NCBI GenBank assembly: GCA_008632985.1
Contig: QPGO01000178.1
Coordinates: 62,001 to 126,000, forward strand
DNA: 64,000 nucleotides
Reading direction: 5' to 3'
Source: Psammoneis japonica
Taxonomy: Eukaryota
Made by a program: the position numbers and the translations under genes. Shown here one piece after another: positions 57,678 to 64,000 of the stretch. The notes below the pieces were generated by a model that saw only the letters and a list, made by a program, of their open reading frames with translations, had not been told where the DNA came from and ran no database searches. How positions within the stretch are numbered: position 1 is the stretch's first letter; every line of letters starts with the position of its first letter.

Positions 57678-58700
57678 ATGTCCCGGCCTTTCGGCAAAAG
57701 AGGGAATCGGGCTGGTGTACCTGGCGACAACGGTCCCAACAAACGCCAAAATCAGGGTGTGACCGAGATGGCCCGCGAACCTGATGTGAGCCAACAGATT
57801 CTCCAGGCGTTATGGACCCAAAATTCTTTACTTCGGAGCATAGATGCCAGGCTTGGACGTATCGAAAGGCGAGATCATGGGCAAAACATCATGAGACGGA
57901 GGCAATCCCCGCCGAAAGATGTCGTCGACGGGTCATGGAAATTTGCAGCAAGTCCTGAGTACACTAGGCGCATGGAGTCCAGGCAGTCTCTAGGAATTTC
58001 CACGGATGCTGTCACCTCCTTCGCATCGTACGGGAAAATAGTGAGTAAAGACATGGTTTTGGTAGGCGAAGCATATCCATGTGGATATGGATTGATGCCT
58101 TCTCCAAGTTCTTCCGGTACTCACGGCGAATATGGTGACCACCCGGCTTGGAGTCGTCGAGAGGATGTTCGCAACTTTCTCACTCAGCTAGAGTTCAACA
58201 AGAAAACAGATTTGGCCCTGAAGTCTGGTATTTATCTGTTGAGCGCCAAGTACTCAAGCGAGAATAATGGCAATTCCGACGCACAGACGTTTGAGGCTGG
58301 CATCATTGTTGGTGAGGTAGAATTCAACAGCAAAGGCCAGGTGAGGGCAGCAGGCGCAGATTGGGATAGGCTGCTAAACAACGACAAGCAAAAGCAAATC
58401 CCTTATGCACACGGAGCTAAAGGACTTCCGATTTGGAGTTCTCGAAAAATCTCAGAGCCGTTGGAAGATGGCGATGAACTCAAGTTCAGAATTGACACCG
58501 CGATGAAAATACAATTGTATTTCAGAAAGGAAGCACCCCAGCAAAGACATTTTGGAACGTTCTTGCTTTTACAAACAATTCAAAATATCCCGAGTACCTA
58601 CGTTGTTTTGCCTTTTGTGGTGGCTACACAGCTTACGAGGGAGACTCTCTTCCAACAGTGAAACTCACAATCTGCCCGAGTCAAGACAGTGAATGAGTCA
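57678..58700 (+). CDS. Hypothetical protein (C-terminus probably frameshifted)
   Basis: 327-aa ORF with normal coding composition. Confidence 0.55.
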
Positions 58701-58792
58701 CGTCTTGCGCAGCCTTTGTCTAGCTTGGTGTTGTGTGGAGCCTGGCAAAGCTCAGAAACACCGTATCATATTCTAATCTTCGTCTTATCTTC

Positions 58793-59883
58793 TCATTTCT
58801 GATGTACAATAGTTGATACAGCCTTCTCGGTGCGAACTCTTCTTACCCAACGAGTCCCCGCTGTTGTCGATACAGGCGTAAACGCTAGTCTCCCTCCACC
58901 TTGTCGTCGATGACCAGAAGCAGACTTGGTAAGCGTACTTTCAACCTCAGCCCAGCCAACAAGTGGTCGATCGCACAGAGCCAGGCTCAAATCATGGAGT
59001 TCCGAGAAAAACAGAAACTGATCAAAATGTGTTTGTTTGCTTTTGTTTGCATTCAACGTATCAAGTAGCTGCTGGACGCCTTGTGGGTAGCGCATCGCAA
59101 TCAATGTTGTTCCGTGCACACCACCCCTCCCAAGACGTGTTCAAGCAAGGAGCCACGACGCTTTTCGGTACTACTGTCCTTGTCTCGGATGGCCGCCCAT
59201 GCATGACCCAGAGATAGAAGGTTCAAGCCTGGATTCGCTTCCAATATAGCTGAACATTCGTCAAGGATGCGCCTAGCGGTCACATTGTCTCCCAATCGAA
59301 TATCGTCCTCTGCAACCAAGACAAAGTCGCAGCCTTGACAGCCAATCACACACTCTTCAGTTTGCGCCAGAAGTTTTGGGAGCAGAACGGAGCGCCATCC
59401 CTCAATAAGAATTCTTCGCGTGCCCACGGATGGGTGCATACATAAGTCCAGTAAGTAGTAAGGCTGTGGACAAAACCTGCAGTTCCAGGATGCCCCCAAT
59501 TCGGTACAGCCACACCCAGCACTGCACTGCTTTCCGAGATGCCGAACAGTTTGCTTCAAGCGCTCTCGGTAGTGAGGTGCATCCACAGTGGCAACAACAA
59601 TCGGTATTTTTATCGACCCAGTACTCGTTTGGTGTTCCTTTCGTTTGTCAAATCCAGCCGTCTCAATTCGACTCCATTCGATTGTGTAGCTGTTTGGAAT
59701 CACCCGAGTCCACGAGCTTGGCTTGTCACAAAAGTCGCTAATCTCAACATTATATGGTTCTGCCTCGAGATGCCTTCGTATTTCGTCAGCCAGAGCCCAT
59801 TCTTTCTTGTTTCGAGATTCCCCACGTTTCTTCATGAGAGCCTCGATCTCAGCCACCATACTATCGTTTACTGCTGAGTTCAT
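58793..59883 (-). CDS. Protein with cysteinyl-tRNA-synthetase C-terminal-like helical module and GT25-like glycosyltransferase domain (frameshift near 59115)
   Basis: EIEALMKKRGESRNKKEWALADEIRRHLE..VEISD; VLVAEDDI, LLSLGH, HGTTLIAM, HFDQFLF. Confidence 0.55.
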
Positions 59884-60193
59884 CCTTGTTTGAATTGTAA
59901 AAGGAGGCATTGGATGCAGTGCATGCACTGCCTCAAATTCAAAATGGGGCCGACGTTACGTTGCATCTTGCATCGTTGTAGCTGTTTGAGCGGTGCGCGT
60001 CTTTGTGATGCTGTCCTCTTTGCGCGGTTGTGTTTCCGCCACCAAAATCCTGCACAAGACTCAAATTGCGTTCTTCGTTGTTCGCGTCGAAAGAACATCT
60101 ATGATCTCCGCGAATGCAAGACCGAGCGACAAACATTCTGCTCACAAATTGAACATTCCATCTCAACTCAAACAAACTATTACAACACGCAAA

Positions 60194-60865
60194 ATGACCA
60201 CTTCTCCTCAATCCGTTCTTATTATCGGTGCATCCGGCCGTCTTGGACTTGACATTCTGCAAGCGCTTGCAAACCAAAACGACCCGCCTGCGATCCATGC
60301 ATTCTGCCGCGATCCGTCCAAACTATCGACCAAAGATCAGTCCTTGTGTACCTCGGTGATTCAAGGCAATGCTCGTAGTCAAGCTGATGTCGAAAAGGCT
60401 CTTGATTCCAGTGGTGCTGATTTCTGTATAATTAGCGTTGGCAACGGAGACAATGTCAAAAAGACTGACATCCGTGCCGTGTCTGCGCAGGCTCTTGCAG
60501 GTGCCATGGCCAAGCCAGAGTACAGCCACGTCCGCACCGTCGTTGTATCTAGCAATGGAGCTGGAGGATCTCGTATCAAGACAGGAATGGGAATGGGGAA
60601 AATGATTGAGTTTTACCTCCGCCATGTTCTCAGAGATCACGACCATCAAGAGGAAGCATTCACGGGTGTCAAGGATAGGACCGACATTGTGAGGCCTACT
60701 TCATTGCAGAATGACAAAGCCACTGGTAAAGTTCAAGAATTCGGCAATCTGGAAAAGTGTCCTAATATCGAATGCGATCGGAAGGATGTTGCCAAGTGGA
60801 TTGTAGACGACATGTATGGCCCTAGCTTTGGCGGCAAGGCCGTCAACATTGCAACAAAGAAATAA
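60194..60865 (+). CDS. NAD(P)-binding Rossmann protein (flavin reductase/biliverdin reductase B-like)
   Basis: VLIIGASGRLG, AFCRDPSKL, VVVSSNGAG, DHDHQE, IVRPTSL, DRKDVAKWI. Confidence 0.88.
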   Translation: MTTSPQSVLIIGASGRLGLDILQALANQNDPPAIHAFCRDPSKLSTKDQSLCTSVIQGNARSQADVEKALDSSGADFCIISVGNGDNVKKTDIRAVSAQALAGAMAKPEYSHVRTVVVSSNGAGGSRIKTGMGMGKMIEFYLRHVLRDHDHQEEAFTGVKDRTDIVRPTSLQNDKATGKVQEFGNLEKCPNIECDRKDVAKWIVDDMYGPSFGGKAVNIATKK

Positions 60866-60953
60866 GGACGAAACGATTTTATTCAGATCTCTATCGTATT
60901 CCTGTACATCAGATGATATTGTTGAGTACCGTCTATTCGTTCAAATGCAACAA

Positions 60954-63761
60954 CTAAACAAGGCAAGCTGACGGGAAGTCGACTTCATCTTTGAACGTTG
61001 GTTCATCGCTTGGCTCTACCCAACTCAGAACAAGGCGCATTGAGGAGTGGTTTCCACCTATAGAATTGAATATCAATAAGTCATTTAGCCTTCCATCCTC
61101 ATAAAGAAGCTCTCTTGGCAGGAAGTAGTATCGTTGGGTTGGTTCGGGTGACTCATCTCCCCGCCCTATATTCCAGAACCGACCAAGATCGTGACCGTTC
61201 AACCAAATCCTACCTCGACCAGTTGTGATGTCCAAGAAAAGAGATTTTTGGTGTATAATGGGGGTGTCAAATGAAGCTGTTGTCCAACTACAAGGAGGGA
61301 GAACCAAAGAGTCGGCAACAGAGTTCTCTGCGGCAGCCCTGGCACCATTTCCAATACGTTGGCGGCTCTTTTTAGATGACATGGGCTCACGTAGTCCAGC
61401 AAAGGATACCCAGGGGCGGCCGTCAACTAGATTTTGAGTAAAGGCAAAGGAGGCGTCGTGCTTTGATCCGCCAACTAACGATACCGAGCCAGTTATTCCT
61501 TTCGTCTTGGCCTTTGTACTCGTTCCGCCATTCCCGATAAGGTTCGAATAACCAAGGGACTCTGACAGAATAAGTAATGCGTGGTCACCTTTAGATACAT
61601 CTCCGATGTTCATTGACAAAGTGATATTTCCCTCACTTGGTTGGTGAGTATCCGCTGCTCCCACCAATGCTCCGTCGACAAAGACCATCAACGCTACAGC
61701 CTTTTGGGTGTCAATCGAAATCGTTGCCTGTTGTATCGCCTTCTCCAACGAAAAAGATGTCCCGTACCATGCATAGTCACTCAACAACCCTGCGCCTAGC
61801 ATAAGTTCCGTCTGCTCGATCGGTTTGTCACTAAATACCGCTCTGCGGTCGTCCGTTGGCATGGCGATCGGATGTTGCCACGACCTCATATTTAAAAGTA
61901 ATACCTGCGTATTGTCTGTGTGACGCTCATAAGACATGGCAACATCACTTACAACACTAGAGTCGTACATGTGAGCGCCGTTGACAAGGACAACCGAGGA
62001 TGTTGGATTCATTCGGAACATTTTCATGAGTGTTGAATTGCGGACGGGGACGCGAAGGTCGGCAACTTCGTCTGAATCGTTTTCCACAAATATAACCTCT
62101 TCATTGGTACCTCGGTAAGTGAACATTCGTTGTTTTGGATCCGTGTTCCACTGTCCGTCCTTTCCCTTTTTCTCGACCGGCTGTTCATGCCCCATGGCGC
62201 TTGGTGAGTGCATAAGTGTTGACGCAATATCAGCCATTAACAAATGTAGCGCACGCAAATGGTCAAATTTGGGCTGTCTCCGCTCTCCTGACGAGCACAT
62301 GGGGGCATCACTTGCGTAAATATTGGCGATACCAGCTCCAGCAGTTCTACCGCGGTTGTAACTTCCTACAATGCAAATCGAGAAAACAGAAAAGCGAATG
62401 AGGCGACGCATATGCAGTCGGCAGAGTGAAATTTCTGTTCACGTACCCCACCACATGTAGTAATTGATCTGTGAACCTCCACGTGCAAACCATCGTAGGA
62501 TTCCCAAAGCGTAGGACCGAGCTGTCCTTCCCCAAAAGTAACCTGTAGGTTTCATTGGCCCTTCTCCCCATATTTGGAATCCACCCTCAAGCTCCGTCCA
62601 CATGGCGGGCTGATCAACCTGAATCCTCCCAGATTGCCCATGAGACTCAAGAAAAGATATGCTGCATTCTCCCCCGACGCCATTGCAAGTATTGATTGTG
62701 TTTTGGCTGAAAGCCCATTGCACATGGTCCACACGACATTTGGTGCGACCCTGGCAACAAGCTCTCCACACCAATCTGCGTGGTCTTGGATCGACGGCTT
62801 CTTGTCAGATGACACATCGATCGTTTCCTCTTCACCTTGCAATTCATTTTCGATCTGCCCCAAAATGATGGGGCCTCCTTGATGCGCCCAAAGATTATTC
62901 TCTTCAAGATATCCGACGCATTCTCTAACGTACTTTTCCATGATTTCAGTCCATAGCTTGTTTTGCCTTCTCATTTCCATTGTTGGATTTTGAAGGGGTA
63001 TCCATTCGGGAATTCCACCGTAATTGTATTCGGCGCAAGCATAAGGACCTATTCGGATATGAACAAACAATCCTCGATTCGCAGCTTCCTTGATGGCTGA
63101 CGCCAGATTCCAGTTGCACTTCAGGTCAGCCCTAGATCCAGCATGAGAATCACAAAACTGATCGCTACCACCATTAGGAAGAGACCAATCCATTGGTTGA
63201 TTCGGAAACGGCTGATGAGCGGACCAAAAGACGTAGACTGTAATCATGTTGAGCCCGTGCCGCACCGCCTCATCCAAGGCCAACGTCCAAGTCTGTGGCG
63301 TTGCTCGAGCTGCATGTACGCTGCCCGACAAAAAGAGTGCGCGATTCCCGTTGAGCATAAAGGATCTCTTGTCGTAGGTAACATTGATGGATCCATGGAA
63401 GCATAACTTAGATAAGATGGAAAGGAAGGATTGTCTTCTTTGACACGAATCCCAGCAACCTTGGAGGGAACGATTGCTTATACTGACCATTCATCTCATC
63501 TCGTATGCTCTCTTCAGCCCCTCCTGACCAATTCCCCAAATCAAATATGAAAGGAATCGAAAGAAAAACAAGGAGACCGACACAAAATAGCTCCATCAAA
63601 AGACGTCTTCTCCTATTCTCCAGCTCGGTCGCGTCCATGACACTGCCCTTGTGTGCGTACGCCACAAGCGGGGTGTTTTCGTCAATAATGTTCTGCTTGC
63701 TGTTCAAGGGCCTCATGATCGAAAAGTCCTTTCCTGGAATGAATGACCTTGGTAGAATCAA
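60954..63761 (-). CDS. Glycoside hydrolase family 35 beta-galactosidase, N-terminal membrane anchor, several frameshifts
   Basis: VTYDKRSFMLNG, SGSVH, YVFWSAHQP, RIGPYACAEYNYGGIPEW, GGPIILGQIENE, PAMWTE..GGFQIWG, INYYMW, GRGRIWLNGHDLGRFW, PTQRYYFLP. Confidence 0.9.
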
Positions 63762-64000
63762 CGACAGTAAGAGATGCTAATTCTCATGGAGTTGCCATCG
63801 TTGATCGTTGATCGCCATTTCATGCGTGTTCTGACATCACATGACACAACGCCCATCCGCCGCTAACAAAATTAATATACAATATATATGAATTCGAATA
63901 GTAAAATTATTAATTGCTAATTTGCGAACTGCGAAATTCAAAAAAAGATTTCAGATCTCTCAAAAGATTCGCCCACTTTTACTTCCTCCGGCAAGCGACA

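Noticed and set aside
767..63761. Many genes with single-base frameshifts as mass pseudogenisation or programmed frameshifting
   Set aside because: The cases I traced (nitrile hydratase, silicanin, 17345-17688 gene) are one-base losses in short homopolymers with otherwise intact motifs, typical of unpolished assembly; needs read check
1..64000. CRISPR arrays, tRNA or rRNA genes
   Set aside because: No regularly spaced repeats or recognisable structural RNA genes seen by eye

Overview
Eukaryotic, gene-dense 64-kb window with short GT-AG introns, bipartite (signal peptide + F-motif) plastid presequences, a silicanin-like gene and a fused nitrile hydratase. A diatom is the most likely source (inference). 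About 25 protein-coding genes are interleaved with repeat blocks. Many genes carry single-base indels, several in homopolymers, which I read as assembly errors. The two strongest observations: (1) Six repeat tracts (about 2240-3290, 18015-18210 plus 22933-24840, 30130-37310, 37680-38230, 47950-49800, 53400-55740) have lost almost every TpA dinucleotide. Their ORFs are essentially free of Tyr, and conserved Tyr of a Plavaka-type transposon reads as Cys/His. Surviving TpA sits mostly in YTAR context. This suggests a repeat-targeted A-to-G (TAY->TGY) hypermutation process running opposite to fungal RIP. A young TA-rich Ty3/gypsy element nested inside one edited tract serves as an internal control. 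(2) A gene encoding an F-box fused to a tandem histone H3-like plus H4-like fold, sitting between two copies of a ~770-bp duplication. Also notable are a stand-alone Dicer-type helicase + DUF283 gene without PAZ/RNase III, a five-repeat bacterial-PH-domain protein and a MATH-BTB-SAP protein. All counts and alignments were done by eye and need computational confirmation.
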